DNA of 64,000 nucleotides from Lingula anatina (GCA_051362555.1 CM120640.1:50136788-50200787), one strand, 5' to 3'. Positions 50,022-64,000 are shown, numbered from the stretch's first letter. A program made the numbers and translations. Notes: generated from the letters alone by a model not told the origin.

Positions 50022-52782
50022 GAACGTAAGTATATAGTCTTCATTTAGTTGGTATGCTAATGTCAGATAAATTATGTTCAAGGTTTAAGATATAGTACCA
50101 TAGGTTACAAGGTAGTGTGATTTCAAATTCTTGAAACAAAAGCAAAAATCCAGGAAAGTCTGAATTCTTTTTGATGTTTGAGTCTTTTTTTTTTCTGATA
50201 TTGTTAAGAAAGTAAAAAGTATAACAAAATGCCAAAATTGACAAAAACACTTAAACCGTATCAGTTGTGCGGCATGCAAATCGTTGGATTAAATTTCTTT
50301 AGTCTCTTTATGCCGATCGATAAAACTGCGACGAGTTGTACGTGACTGTCTGGATCTGTAACTGTACCTGATGACGCTTTAGACAAAAATCTTTATCCTG
50401 GACAAATGATTATATTTATGCAAATTCAGTATTTCATCATCAAAAGATATGAATTGCCGTAAAGAATAATTTACACTTATTCGCCACTCTTATAAACAGC
50501 TTTGTTTCAAATTAGCTCAGTCTTCCATTGTGAGATAATAAACAATCTCATATTGTTTAAGTTTATCCCATCGTTCCATTTCCAGCGGCAATTCAAAGTC
50601 AAGGCGCAGTTTTTTTGTATGTATTTAAGTCTGAAGAGATCTAACAATTTAACCTTTTTTCTACTTCAAAGGCTGCCAGATCTAGTTTTTTTTTTCTTCT
50701 TCTTCATTTACGCAAAACCTTTCTCTCAGTGGGCGTACATTGCACGAAGCGCAATGAGTCGAACCTCTGCAGATGGTACGTTGATTGGTAGCAGAAGGTC
50801 CTTTAAAAAGAAATTGCAATCATCCATTCTTAATCAGATAATGAGAAGGTTCTGCAGAACGATGTTCTTATCAGAAACGTCATGCGGTTTTCGTTCAACA
50901 AAAAGGTTACATTTACTAAAAAACATGAAAATCTCCCCTGCAGGCCAACCTTTTTGCAGCTGAATTAATTATTGATTGGGTAATGCTTTTATAAGTTATA
51001 AATTGAGTCATTTGTGAAGTGACAAATGATATATGACTTAACAAGTTCAGTTTGGCTGCCATCTTTCCAGCTGCAAATCACAGCAGTGCCTTTCGTAGGT
51101 CTAGGGTTCTTTGTTTGCCCTACTTTTGTGACCTAGAGTTTGAACCCTGAATAAAAACTCGCAAAATAACCTATTCTGATTTTGATAAAGATCTCTTTCA
51201 GCTCAGCGTTGTCAACATTTCGCATGCAAATATGTTATGTCTTTGTTATGTAAAACTGCCCAACCTGCTGAGAAGTATTTCAAAATGGTGGCCCTCACCT
51301 TCCTGCACAACTACAGTGGGTCACTTTAATTTTGCTGTCAGAAAATCCTTGCAATATAGATGAAATGAATAGGATTCTAACTGATTGAATTCATGCAATT
51401 TTTATTCTTGTAAGGCAATTTGGTAAACATTCTCTCTCTATTTTTTTCACGTATTTGAACGTAATCTTTAGATTAATTGGACTGGATTACACAAGATAAC
51501 AAGTTATTGTGCAAGAGTAATCCTTCTCTAAGGGGATCTTCCATCGAAATATTTCAAGCTATAAGATTTTAAAACGTAACACCACCATTTTTTGTTTAAA
51601 AATAATTCTTCGATGAAAGAAATTGGCAGGAGAACGAGCGCTAATATACGAAAAAGCACTTTCAATTTATCTTTTATCTTCATCAGCTTCGTGAAACCTT
51701 GTTGGTATTTTTATGTTGGTAGTCTTCAAAATAGAAGCTAAAAAAATGTCCAATATGGCGGACTGAAAAGCGCTGTAGATGCTGATCATTGCTCCAGTTC
51801 ACAACTTCGTGCCGTGTGTTACAGAAAAAAAGGCTTGACATTTAGACACAGCAAATATTTAATCTCAGCATCAAAAATGTTTGCATGTGCTCATTATGAT
51901 CGCTACCAATCGATAGCGCTGTCATCAAGCACATGGGATGGAATTTAGACTGACTGCTGTTCAACGTAATATGATGCAGTGTGAATAAGAAGGCACAGCG
52001 GTTGCCCCAAGTTCTTTTTCCACTACGCAAGTTTCTTTTATCTTCCAGTGAATGTTAGGGCAGAAAGATAATGACAAATCAGTATTATGCCTTCATGCCC
52101 CCAAGCTCTATCCTGTTATCACATCTGCTTTTTAATGATTCAGGATAATCAAATCTTGCCTTGGAGCCTATGTTGTGTCTAATTTTTTTTAGACATTTTT
52201 TTTCGTCTAATTATAAATCCACAAGTTATAAGCATAGGTTATAGCATTTTCATAAAAATGTCATCGTAAATAATCGCACGATAAATTTATACTAATTTCC
52301 TCTATTTTGCCTACAGGTTTAATTTTCAATGAGGCCTTGTAAAAAAACTTTTCAGTGGTTTGATAAGTCTTTAGTATGTGCTTAGACAAAACAATGTATT
52401 TAAAAATTGACATGGTTTTAAGGTGAACCGCCATTTTGGTTATTTAGTATGCATGCATGGGTCACAGCTGCAGTGATGTTAACCCAGCATGTGCCCACAG
52501 CCTCCATGTCTAATCCTTTTCTATGATTTGGAGAAACCTCTTTATACAGTCTTTCATTTGTAAATAAAGAATGGATTTTTGTGGTTTGCTGTTTAGACGG
52601 GGCATAATTTATATGGTATCTTCAGTCTTGTGCCCACAGTAATAGGTTGAAGACGTAATTGAGCTTTTAGGAACATGACAATTTATTTCAATATTTCTCA
52701 CAAACTAATGGATTTGTATAATTCCAATTAAATATTTGAGCATAAATTATACATAACTGAATTATGTTTCCCTTATTTTTAG

Positions 52783-54360
52783 TGACAGGAAAGTCTGATC
52801 ACAGTACACTTGAAATCGTCACCTCCAGCTGTCAACATTGTGTGAGGGGGTTACCAAGGACAGGACGCCATTTTGATATCCACCAAGTATTGTCATGATC
52901 ATTGAATAATGTACCCAGAAGCTGGCTTTACATATATTAATCATCCCATGGTCAACATGGGGCCTTGAATCTAGTTATTAGAATGGTGGGCCCTGCTCAC
53001 CTCCTGAGGTCATTAGATCATCCTCATCATATCCATCGAGGAGGAGAAGATTATATGCTAATAATGATGAATAAAGTTCACCCTATCCTTTGTCACTCCA
53101 TTCTGTGCAGGGAAAACCAAAGCAGCTTAGTCTTCCTGTTACTTTTTTACTGTCAGTTTTGCTTCTCTTATATTTGTGGAACAAGCTAAATATTTTATCA
53201 TTGTAAAAAACATTAATTGAATTGTATGTCAACACATGTGGTGCCATGGTTTCCAGCCTCTGTCTGCTGCATACATGTAATCAAAATGTTTTGGACTCTT
53301 TTTGAAGAGAACTAGTGAATGATGGCTAATATTTTACAGCTTGGTGCTTGCTACTCCTAATTTTTTGTGATGTCATTTAGATATTGCATGCCCCAGTAAG
53401 AATTAATTTTTGAAAATGATACATCCAACAATGCTAGTTCTGGAAGCAATTGTAATTGGTTCTGTTTTGCAAGAGCATTAATGGACGAGAGACTGCTTTG
53501 TCTGTAGAAGCAGAATTTGAAGTATCATCTCGGCTTTCATGTTGTCACATGTTTTCATGCCTGGGTGACTAGACATGCAACCATTGACTATGGGTTGAAA
53601 GGTTTCAGCAGAATTTAATCAGATGCAAGTATTGAATCCCAAGAACTGTATGTTTTGATGATATCAAAGTCAATATGGTAGTGTCACTCACTGACAGACA
53701 ATGGCTAGATTGTTTTTTATCTTCTCAAATAGAAAGATTTGTGACTTAGAACCTGCTATGCTATTCCAAACACAACTGATAGTATTGTTTTGTAAGTTAC
53801 ATGTATGAATTGGGTCTTCTGTAAACAAATCCTCTGGTGCCCTTATGTGACCCAAAAACACCAGACACCTTCACACCTGATGAAGTGAAAACAATTCTGG
53901 AACTGGTTAATTTTTATCTGTTAGAACTAATTGGCAGATTTTCACCTGGGCTGAACTGAGAAAGATGATCTGTTGGGTGTAAATATATTGCTACCACTTA
54001 AGATTGGTATATCTCTCCGATTTAGATAGTATTATATGTTAAAATATTTACAGCCATTTTTATTGTAACAATATTTTGATTAATGAGTTCATTTCTGTTA
54101 ATAATCTTGTAAATATTTCATCTGTAAAGAATTGAAGGTGCACTAATTGAATTGAAAAAGAAATATTTATGTAAAACATTTATCAAGTGCTGTTACTGCT
54201 CCGCAGAGTATGTGTTAATGACCATGTTTAAATGATTCGCATCGTTTATACTGTAATGTTTTTATTGACTATGTACAACATGATAAGTATCAGAACAAGA
54301 TATAATATATGAAGTAACTATTGTAAATAGAATGATCAATAAATATGAATGAGACTACTG
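52783..54360 (+). other. ANKS1: Probable terminal 3'UTR exon of ANKS1
   Basis: Consensus donor gtaagt at 50026; strong acceptor tttcccttatttttag ending 52782; AU-rich distal part with three TGTAAATA motifs; AATAAA at 54338-54343. Confidence 0.55.
54338..54343 (+). terminator. Candidate polyadenylation signal AATAAA
   Basis: Ends the AU-rich, TGTA-rich block and is followed by T-rich sequence. An earlier AATAAA also occurs near 53070. Confidence 0.45.
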
Positions 54361-56454
54361 CATAATTCTTATATCTCCCTGTTTTGAAATTGGCTGAAGT
54401 GTGGAGAAAAAGCAATTTTAAGGATTATTTTTATTATCATTATCAAATATGCTGGACTTTCTATATGACGATGTCACAGTTTCAGAAATATCAGTTTTCA
54501 AAACATTTTGATGATTTTCAACAAAAGATACAGATTAGTAAAATGTGATTTATTTGACCTAACATTTGTTTAGCTCTTTCATCAAATTGATAGTCAACAT
54601 AAGGGGAAAGAATTTGGCATTAATTACTATAAAAAAATGGGTCGTATTTAAGCAATTTTCTCATATGAAAGGTGACTTTCACCGCCAGAAGTGGTCTAAA
54701 AACAAGTACAACGATGCCGGTAAATACGTGAAACATGTTGCAAACAAGTTGATACAAGTTTGATTTACAGAAATATTTTGCCAATTTCTCGAACTAAACC
54801 ATGTTTCCCCATGAAGTACAGGGTTCGCTTAGACACCCTTTTGTCTTCATTCCTTATGTTGGCAAAAGTAAGCGTTTTTGTGGGACGCAATGCCCTTGTA
54901 ACCTGTGATAAGAATTAACATAAATATTAATATCAATCAAAAGGTCATTGTATTCGGGACTTGCATTGTCCGAGCATAGACGTCCCAAGTTGAAGCCCTG
55001 GGCAATCTACATGTCTGCTACTTATGTCGTGATGAGACTGTGGAGCAGTCCTGGTGATAACATGTTCCGGTTTGTCGGTTTTAATTACTATTCTAACTAT
55101 AACCAATAAATTAAGTTATCAGAATGTCGATTTAAAAGTACTGACTGTGAAGAAAGAACCCTTGGCTTTTGTTATTGATTGTAAAATTCCTGGCAGCTGT
55201 GACCATTGCAAGTCATCTCCCCCGTGCGAGTGAAACAAGGCGGAAAATGTTAACAGATGCCCACCTTGGCTTGCTCACGGTAGCACGCAAAATGGGGTTA
55301 GGTGTGCGCGCGTGCAACTTGAGCCCAGCCTCTGCTGATTGTTTGCATGATATTTCATTAATGCGATGATGTCTTTGTTCATTCTCTAGAACGAAACTTA
55401 AAAATCGACAAGGTATGTTATTTTGAACAGTAGTTGACATGGGCCTCTGGTACCCGAACGTTAAATTCTGCAACCAGCGCATTTAATCATTGTTCTCTTA
55501 ACCGAATAAAATTGAAGTATTTCTCATTTCGTTAATTCTATACGTTATTTTCTCGCTATAATGCCGCATCTTTCACCTCATTTCATCTGGGAGGATAAAG
55601 CAATCATATTTCACAGAAAAAAGAAACAGGGTAGTTTTAAAGTAATGCGTCTTTTAGTATAAGAAAGCAAGTTAAGAACACCACATAGACAAAAGGATGC
55701 AAGTCTTGAACCCACGACATCTTTGGAAAATTTAGGATCTACTTGTTGCATTAAGCTGTGTGTCGACGGTAAGTGCACGTTTTCTCCTCCTTCTTCATTA
55801 GAGCCTAACAATGGGAAAGAGATTCATCACTTCTCCCTGACAATTTTTTTACCAGATGGTTTGCTCAACTTCTATGAAAGTGAACCCTTCATTTCCACCC
55901 GGCTGACTGAAGCGTGCCCGGTGATGCATGGTTACTTTTGATACTCTAAACGTGCGCTTAAATTTCGTATTTAATTCGTCCGTTTTGTTAGGGAGCGAAT
56001 TTGATTGAGTGAGAACTATCGATCTCAAAGAGTCCATGAACGCGTTTTCTGTTGAGTGACAGTGAGGGAACACTGGCACGCGCGACCCACGCCTCACTGA
56101 GAATCATCAAATGTTCACGCATGGCGACGTGACTTTGTCACCCCAAGCGTACACACTTGAATAATTTGTTTATTTCACCACGGTCTAAGAAGTGTGGGCC
56201 GTTGTTTTTATATGTATCTCTTCCTAACAAAATACTCTCCTAACACAGCTTGAAATCCACCTTGAAATAATAAATACTGGATTTGTCTGCTTTTTATTGC
56301 ATTTTTGCGAAGTTCAAGACACGATTAATTTTGTGACAGGGAGAAACTAAATACCGGTTTTTATGTATTTAGTCTTATTTTGTTTCACCCTTTAGTGAGC
56401 ATTGTTAAATCGTACCTGCAGTTTATAATCAAATGATTTAGTCATTGACTTTTG

Positions 56455-56600
56455 TCAACAAAAAAGTCGAAGGGCATAACTCTCCTGAAGATTTTGGTCA
56501 GGAATATGACTTAAGCCATTTTAATAAAACGTTCTTTTATCCCTTCTGGTATACCCCATGCTTTGCTATGATTCAAATGTGCATTTGTTTTAGGAGGAAA
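56455..56600 (-). repeat. Possible isolated Helentron-type satellite monomer remnant
   Basis: aagggcataactct is the reverse complement of agagttatgccctt, resembling the gaagttatgc unit end of the repeats at 631 and 1506. Short match only. Confidence 0.3.
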
Positions 56601-59600
56601 CGCATAAAATCGGTTAATAAATCGATTGTCACTCGTTAGTCAAAGTGTAAAAGAAGATAAAATCACTAAAGATAAAAAAAACTTGAGGGTAAAACGATTG
56701 TTTTAAAGGGTGCAACAGACATGTTTTTAGTAGTCAAATAAGTTCAGCAACAAAACTGGAAATCTTAAACTACAAACAAAATTGAATATCTTAAACTGCC
56801 AAGCTTTAGAATAATCAGCTAATAATACAGAGAATTTCACGTTGGGGGACAGTATCGTATACATTGAATATGCCACATGTTAAAGGGCTTATACAGCGTT
56901 TATTCGGTATTAAATGTTGATATTTTCTCTGTTGTAAGCCTATGTCAAAAGCATATTAAATGCATTTAGACTGATAGAGTTTATAACTCGATCCACAAGT
57001 CGTATTTTTATGGGGACTCAAAGAGCAATGAATACATGTAACTTTTCACTATGGTTATGCTTAGTAAAGAAAAAGGATGCCTTAAACATATTTTTATCAA
57101 GTATTACCGGAATTGAAACCAGTTCGGTTAACACCAGAATATTGTTTAGGACGTCATGAAATTCGTTGATTTGATTTTTTTTTAAATTTTTGTGCCAATT
57201 TTCATTTTATCATTTAGAAGCAGCACAACATTATTCCACTTTTAAAAGTACTATTAACAAACGGAATATTCAAAAACGAATGCACTTTAGGCCAATAAAG
57301 GTCCCATGGTACGATACAAGTTACAAACATCACCTTGCCTTGAGACGAAATTTATTCTAACAATTTCTTATCGATAAATACACATAATTAGAAACATATC
57401 ATTTCAGTAGGTCTGATTCAAGAAAACCGATTTATGGGCTTCTTCATAAAGTTGTAATCGTCAAGGGAACACAACCTCGTCTTTGGGAATTCGGTTGTTC
57501 TTCTAACCAATCCGTGTGCAAAAAGATTGCGTGTTATATTTCTGAAAAAATAGATGGAAGTGCTAATTCTACAAATGGTGATATGTGCGTGCAGATTATA
57601 TATGGCTAAGTCACGATTGACGCTGTTGGTCGTGATATATTCTCTTTTCTTACGAATCTTTCGATGAAATCAGTCTCTCTAAATGCACATTTTCTTCCCT
57701 GTATTTCAACTTGGCAGGGATGTATATATAAATATGTGAGTCAACAGTGGACTAATGTTGCTGTGGTGTTCATTTAATGAAAATGTCTCAGGATTATGCA
57801 AAAGTAATCAATGTTTGATATAAATATGAATATAATTTCTTATAGATCCATTTTCATATATAACGTGTTTATTAGATCCAAAATACATTTGGTTATTAGT
57901 TTACAGTATCTAAAATGATCAACTGTGAATCGAATAACATTCGTATGTCGCTGCCAAGGTCATTAAAGATTCAGGATTCCCAGCAAATCGCCTGCCTCAT
58001 GCTATTACATTTTCGTTAACTTTAAAATCTGCTCTTCACGAGTGAGATAATATTTGATACAGAAAGTAAGTATGATGCTTGTCAGATAATACAAGGCTGT
58101 ACATTGGTCGCAGACTTTAGTGGAACGACTTCACAAAGACGTTTTTGATACTTTATTTAGCCTGCTAGATATGTACTATCCTCGCATAAAAATACATCTA
58201 TAAGATGAACATTTAAAGCTTAAATGTTATAAATCATCCATCTTCACTTCAGTCAGTCGATTTTCATCTACGACTTTTTGGCCTCTTCAGCTTCTTTTTG
58301 TACTTACAGTCTTCCAGTTTCTTTTCTGACTCCTTCATTTCCCCTATTGTTTGATTTTCGACTCTTTTGTTTAATGCATTCATCTCTTGCCTTTTTCATA
58401 TTTACATAATCTGCTTTCTAACTTAAGCTTTCTCTTTTTACCTTATTTGCGCCCCCTGTTATGGAAAAAGCCTAGTATTTTGGCTGTTGTATAAACTGGA
58501 TTTTTTTTCTATTTTATGTGCATAATTTTTTTAATGAAACTCTTCTTTACATTTTCATTTTCAATTTAAAATCTTTTAAATCTGAAAACGAAATACACTT
58601 CAACATTTTCCGTAATTACGAATGCAATGCTAATGGTGGAACATTAATTTCAGAATGTTTGAATCGTGATGAAAATATTCAGCGTAATTTTGCAATATTA
58701 GAAAACGTTTGAATTAGAATAAATGATTTCCTTAAATTTTTTTCTGTCTCAAAAAATATGAAAAGAAAAAAGAAAGAGAGAGAAGATATGACAGAATGTG
58801 CAAGAAAATTCTGTTAGGTTAGTGGATAAATAGTTTGAACAGGAAGACGATGAACAGTACAATACATATTGCAGATATATTCAAGAAAAATGCTGAATAA
58901 CACCGTAAATAACAAGTGAATTTTGGATGATTTCAATTTCCATTATTTATTGAAATCGAATTTAAAGAGATTTTTCTAAATCGATATTTAATATGGGTTA
59001 ACAAACATTTTGTAAAATTTCTACGATGATGTTTTCACTTTTAAAATATGAAGTCTAGAAGTTATTTATAATTTTTTTTTTTTTTTTTTTTTGGCTTATT
59101 GGTTCATTTTCCTTTGGTCATTAGAATTGGTGCATAACAATACCATGCACATTCTCGTTTCTTTTCATCTAAAATATTCACACGTATTTAAAACTTATGT
59201 ATACAGACTATGAGTTGAATGAGACAATCTCAATATCCGTTGGTTTCCAATGTACTTTGATAGGGCCTAAGTCTAGCACACATTCGTGCGAATCAAAACT
59301 TATTTCTATTATCTTTTTTAAAAAATTGGTTTTTATTTTATTTATTTATTTTTTTGTTTATTTTAAGTCAGAAGATTTGCCGTAATTTAGATGAATATTT
59401 CCCTAGTAATTTTTTACATTTATTTGTGAGACTAAATCTGTAATTTTCAAAGTGTATGTTGCAATCTATCAGTTAAATAGAATGTTCAATTTTGACCCAT
59501 TTGACCCAGTCTTAGCACATCAAATTAGAAGAGCCTGTGCTTTAAGGTCAAATAATTGATAAATTGACATTACATTTTTATCACTGTAAGGTTTTTCATT

Positions 59601-62600
59601 GATATAATTGATCACGATCAATCACAAATAACGTCCTTACAAAAGCAAAAAAAAAATGAATATGCATCTGTAAGGAAAAAAAACGTTGTTGCTAAAGTTA
59701 AATAAAAATAATATTTGAAGGGGAACATTTATTTGCTCTGTGAAACAGTGCATTTTACTTTTTGTGTGCTGCCGATAAACTATGAACGATTATACCTCCG
59801 TTTTTTTACCTTTGAGGTAATTCAAAATTTTATTGTAACTCGACACTTTCCACCCTTGTAAAACATTTTATATTTCTTTTCATGTGGTTAATTTAAAAAA
59901 CATTCCTTTGAATACGGTGTCATCTAATTTTTAATTTGCAAATAGTAAATAGCTGAGACAATTTAGTTGCGTGTAAATAATTTTTATTGCTAGAAAAAAT
60001 CTTTACTGCCTTCTTTGATTACCATAAACTGAGACAATTAAAATATTCCACGGTGACAATTCCTGAACTGCTTTTTCCAAACAAAATAAATATTTTTTGA
60101 ATATTTTTCAGAGTTGAAAATTTGATTTTATACGTGGTAAAAATTATACTGAAAAACGAAGAAATATTTTACAAAAGTTCAGAGATAAAATTATCAAACG
60201 GAATTCGATACACTCTGAAATGAGGAAAACTTCCATTATTAAATGACATGTTAGTATTTTAGCTACCAGCCCTTTGCTGTCATACGTCTCTCTTATTCAT
60301 GAGCAAATATTCTTCAAAATACTACTAATGTTATATTCCAATCTCAATAATACCACTATGTGACATATCGAACTAAAAAAAAATGACGTCCCAAAGTGCA
60401 TTGTGCCGAAGTACTGAAATATTTATATTTGAAAGCTAAGTAAGGCCATTCTAAATTTAGAGGTTAACGTTTTACTATTTATCTTTTAAATTTTCTCTAG
60501 CAAATTTATTTCTTGAAGTAATTTAAGTTTTGCTCAAAATGATTCAAATATAAAACTCAGTCAAATGTGGTCTCAAATGCGGAAAATAACCTTCAATTTA
60601 GATTGAAAAAGTTAATTTTATTTTGAAAATTGAACTAACGCACGATAAACCGTTGAGTCAGATTAAGTGCAGTGCCCGTTGAAATCCATTTAAATCAGTC
60701 TGGAAAGATGAGTTGTGGATTAGATCGACTATCACAATGACAGGCAGCTTCCAGATGTTTTGGTAGTTTGCTTGACCTACTCACTTATATTTCAGAGTAA
60801 AAACAATTTATGCACCAAATCACCCGGTATCAGTTTTCATGGATCTATAAAGCTTCTTGTTAATCCCTGCAACAAACCAGACTGGTAAAGGTCGCAGAGG
60901 TTATGGGACGGGGCGTGAGTAAAAAGGTACATCAAGTCACATTTGGGTCATTTTTGTCCTAAATGTTTACAAGCTGTTGAAATTTAATGATCGACCAAAT
61001 ATTGTAACTGAGAAGACCTTTTATTTAAGCACAACTATATTTTCTCATAGTTTTCAGAGTTTTTAATATAGGATCAGTAGTCCACTCCATCGGTAAAGCA
61101 TGACATTAACATGTTGTGCAATTTTAGCAACTTACAAAAGTTATAAAGACAAATTCAATGTTGACATGATGGGTCGTTTTCCTAAATTTGACTCTCATTC
61201 AATAATCATGAAATGAAGTAAGCCTTTTAACGGTATCTAACAGCTGTACGTTGTCGAAAATTCATTCCTTATAAATAAGCCAATAAAACCGAGCAAATTA
61301 AAATGATACGTCGAAGTGCAATTCAGGTTTACGGAGTGCAAGAAGTTTGCAAACTTGGAACCAGCCGAGTAGACGAAAGGATTTTAACAATAATTGGATT
61401 ACTTGGTGACGCCATGATGACTTAGGTTCAATTTATACTCTTACCAGTGTTCTCTTTTTATGGCATATCTCTGAGATTTAATCATCCCATTGTCTACGTC
61501 ACAGAAATATGATAGTAATTGGGAGGGAAATTATAGATATGATGTTTCATTATTGGCTTTGTTTTTATTGCGTGCATTTGCAGGAAAGACCGTAATAGGT
61601 CTTGATAAGAACGATGCAATTGCTCGGCGCCATTAGATCAGAAAGTGGGTAATTTCATTATCTGGATTTGCAGTTAAGCTTAGAAAAGTTTGAGATGGAA
61701 TGAGCACTTGACGTCCTGAGTAGCTTTGTGTTGGAGTCACTGCTGTGAACCCCTGAAAATGCCGATCATCTTGTTCCAAAGAAAGTCTGTGCAATTTGGT
61801 AGTTTATGGTTCTGGTCCAATTAAAAAAAGGCTCAAAGTACTATCAAATCCCATCTAAACACTTGTGAATGCATGGTATTTGAAATTTTAGCACTTTTTT
61901 TTCAGAAAAAAAATGATAGTTAATTAGAAAAGTTCACAGCGTACATTTTTCGTGACCTCTTCGGAAACGAAAGATCAGTCCATGAAAGAAGCACATTTTC
62001 AAAAATGTAAGATAAACTTCAAGACAGACACCGTTTGGGTGCAGGTCCTAAGGTTTCACAAAAGAGTGCTTACGGTAGCGTGAAACTACAGAAATCTTTA
62101 AAAAAGAATCTTGAAATGCTATTTCTTTTAAGCTTTATTTCCATGATGTTGTTGATTTTTCAGTCGAGTGAATTTCGCCGCGCTCGATCGACCCCCATTT
62201 CAATCTTAGAGAATAAAGTGCAACCGAAATAAATTAACAAATTGAAAAACGCGTGCACAAAAAAAGGTGAAGAATATCTTATGTTGGAGCCGTGAAAACA
62301 AACCCCACGTTGAGTGGGTGAAAAGAGGTTTTTTCATTCAGTTTCCTTTATAGAAAACTAAGGTTTCCTTATTGAATGAAAGACAAAAGGTTGTCCAAAA
62401 TTAACCTATTTTTAATCTAAATCAGGTGCTAGGTTATACAAGTCCACGAGCAGCATGTGTCGTCTGCCAAATACTCTCAGGACAACAGAGGTCGTTTGGT
62501 GCGCCTAAATTGTTCATTAAACGTTTCAATGTGATAAAAATATTAAATGTACATATTACTTGATCACGTTGGGATGACAATATTTGTTCAAAGGAGAAAA

Positions 62601-64000
62601 ATCTTGTTGGCATTTGTTGATATATATATACGAAAATATCAACCATTAAAAACGAAGTATGGGCTTCAACTAAAATATTATTATAAATATTTTTACAATG
62701 ACGTTTTATATACATTTTAGCATACGCAAAAAAAAAAATAAAAAGGAAAATAACTACAATAAACAAAAAGTAAAAAATAAAAAATAAAAAAATTAAAATA
62801 AAACGCCAAAAAGAGAATTGCAATATACTTACTTTAGAATAAATTGCATATATTTATTTTATCGAAATTTAGTTTTCCTCTACGAAACTGAATGTAAGCG
62901 CATAGATCAATTTAAGATTTGATTTCAACCTTTTTCACTTATACGTTGTTTGAGTAGACCCAGCTTCACTCATTCCTCCAAGGTTTTTTGTATAAAACAT
63001 CGATTTGTGTCAGTGAGAAATGAAGAAATATGAACAAACTTTCTGGCATACAAGTTTTAAAAATCTTATCACAAAAAAAGGAAAAAGAAAAAGATTACAT
63101 GTATTATAATATTTTCGTTGAGAGTTGGTTTTAATGGAGCCTTTAACCAGGTAGGAACTTTTTCTAAGAGTTTACTCAGGAAAATGACTTAAGCAAATAA
63201 TAAAAGAACACCATTCGGGAAATTTTATTGTGTGTTATTCATAAGAAGAACAGACTAGGAAATACTGGAAATCGATGTGTAAGACGGTATAGTACTGTAG
63301 AGAAAAAATGTGAGTTGTAAGTATAGGTCAGATGTGGAAGACTTCCTCGAGGGTAAGAACCCATGAGAGCTCTAGAATTCTTCATGTTCGTTTACTCACC
63401 CAACAATACCCCACCCACCGTAAAAGGTCAGAACAGTTTGAAACAACATGGGACTCACCAATGAGAAAGCGTCTTTTATAAATAGAAATAAAAACTTTGA
63501 ATAACAGGGACTGTTATTCCAGTGCCAGGGCTATAATTAGGCCAGGCCGAACCTGGGGGTTAAATCGTAAACATGTTGTAAACTTTAGGTAGCTTTGAAT
63601 CATCCACATGTTCATGACAGAATTTTATACTATATAGTCCGCTAATCCTACCAAATAAGTTTTATACGTGTGTCTTCAATATAATAATCATTTAAATTAA
63701 ACAATGTGTTTGATTGTAGAACTTATTTAAACAATTCAGTTCTGTCAATTATCATCTATAAATTTGAATTTGCGGGATTTTGGAGAAAAGAAAAAATTAA
63801 AACTTCTTCTTTGGTAAAAAAAAAATCGAATGCATAGGACTCAAAAATTCTTTTGAAAAAAATGGTTATCAATTCAATTGATTATTTACTTGACATAGGT
63901 CAAGAGACAGGTAACACGAATTGTTTTTATTTTAATTCACGATTAGTGTACGAAATTATTATTCAAAAAGTATGGATCTTTTAAAAAGGAAAAAGGTCTA

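Noticed and set aside
50502-50963. 153-aa ORF in the last intron, and similar Phe-rich ORFs at 8694, 39075 and 62434
   Set aside because: Composition is driven by T-runs; no recognisable domain or compatible splice structure.
63390-63560. Two minus-strand gtgagt donor-like sites and a 9-bp hairpin (63499-63519)
   Set aside because: The putative minus-strand exon has stops in all three frames, so no gene model can be supported.
1-64000. Prokaryotic-type systems (CRISPR arrays, operons), rRNA/tRNA genes, autonomous transposase or reverse transcriptase ORFs
   Set aside because: The window is spliceosomal-intron-rich eukaryotic DNA and I saw no such signatures by eye. A tRNAscan-SE/Infernal run would be needed to exclude small RNA genes formally.

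Overview
AT-rich animal genomic DNA, probably from an invertebrate; the repeat types resemble those of molluscs/lophotrochozoans, but the species cannot be determined from the sequence. Most of the supplied ORF track is spurious or is exon plus intron read-through. About 2.2-54.3 kb (+ strand) is the 5'-truncated remainder of one ANKS1-family gene (ANKS1A/Odin, ANKS1B/AIDA-1 type): last ankyrin repeat, a long Tyr/Pro-rich linker, two SAM domains and a C-terminal PTB domain. I assembled by hand 20 GT-AG coding exons with consistent phases (3600 nt, 1199 aa plus stop), followed by a probable 3'UTR exon. The most interesting signal is an apparent isoform-generating system inside this gene: (i) two homologous, phase-incompatible exons just before SAM1 that look mutually exclusive, with a nearby 18-nt microexon; (ii) an internal alternative first coding exon ending in a CCCRR palmitoylation-like cluster, which would give an ankyrin-less isoform; (iii) a 63-nt in-frame cassette exon with an RRxS motif inside the PTB domain. 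All three are inferred from DNA only and need transcript evidence. Also present: Helentron/HINE-like repeats, MITE-like elements, tandem duplications, microsatellites, and a change from CpG-poor to CpG-retaining DNA near 40.4 kb with clustered YY1/Pho-like motifs. No supportable coding gene was found after about 54.4 kb. Human sequences quoted for comparison are recalled from memory, not from a search.
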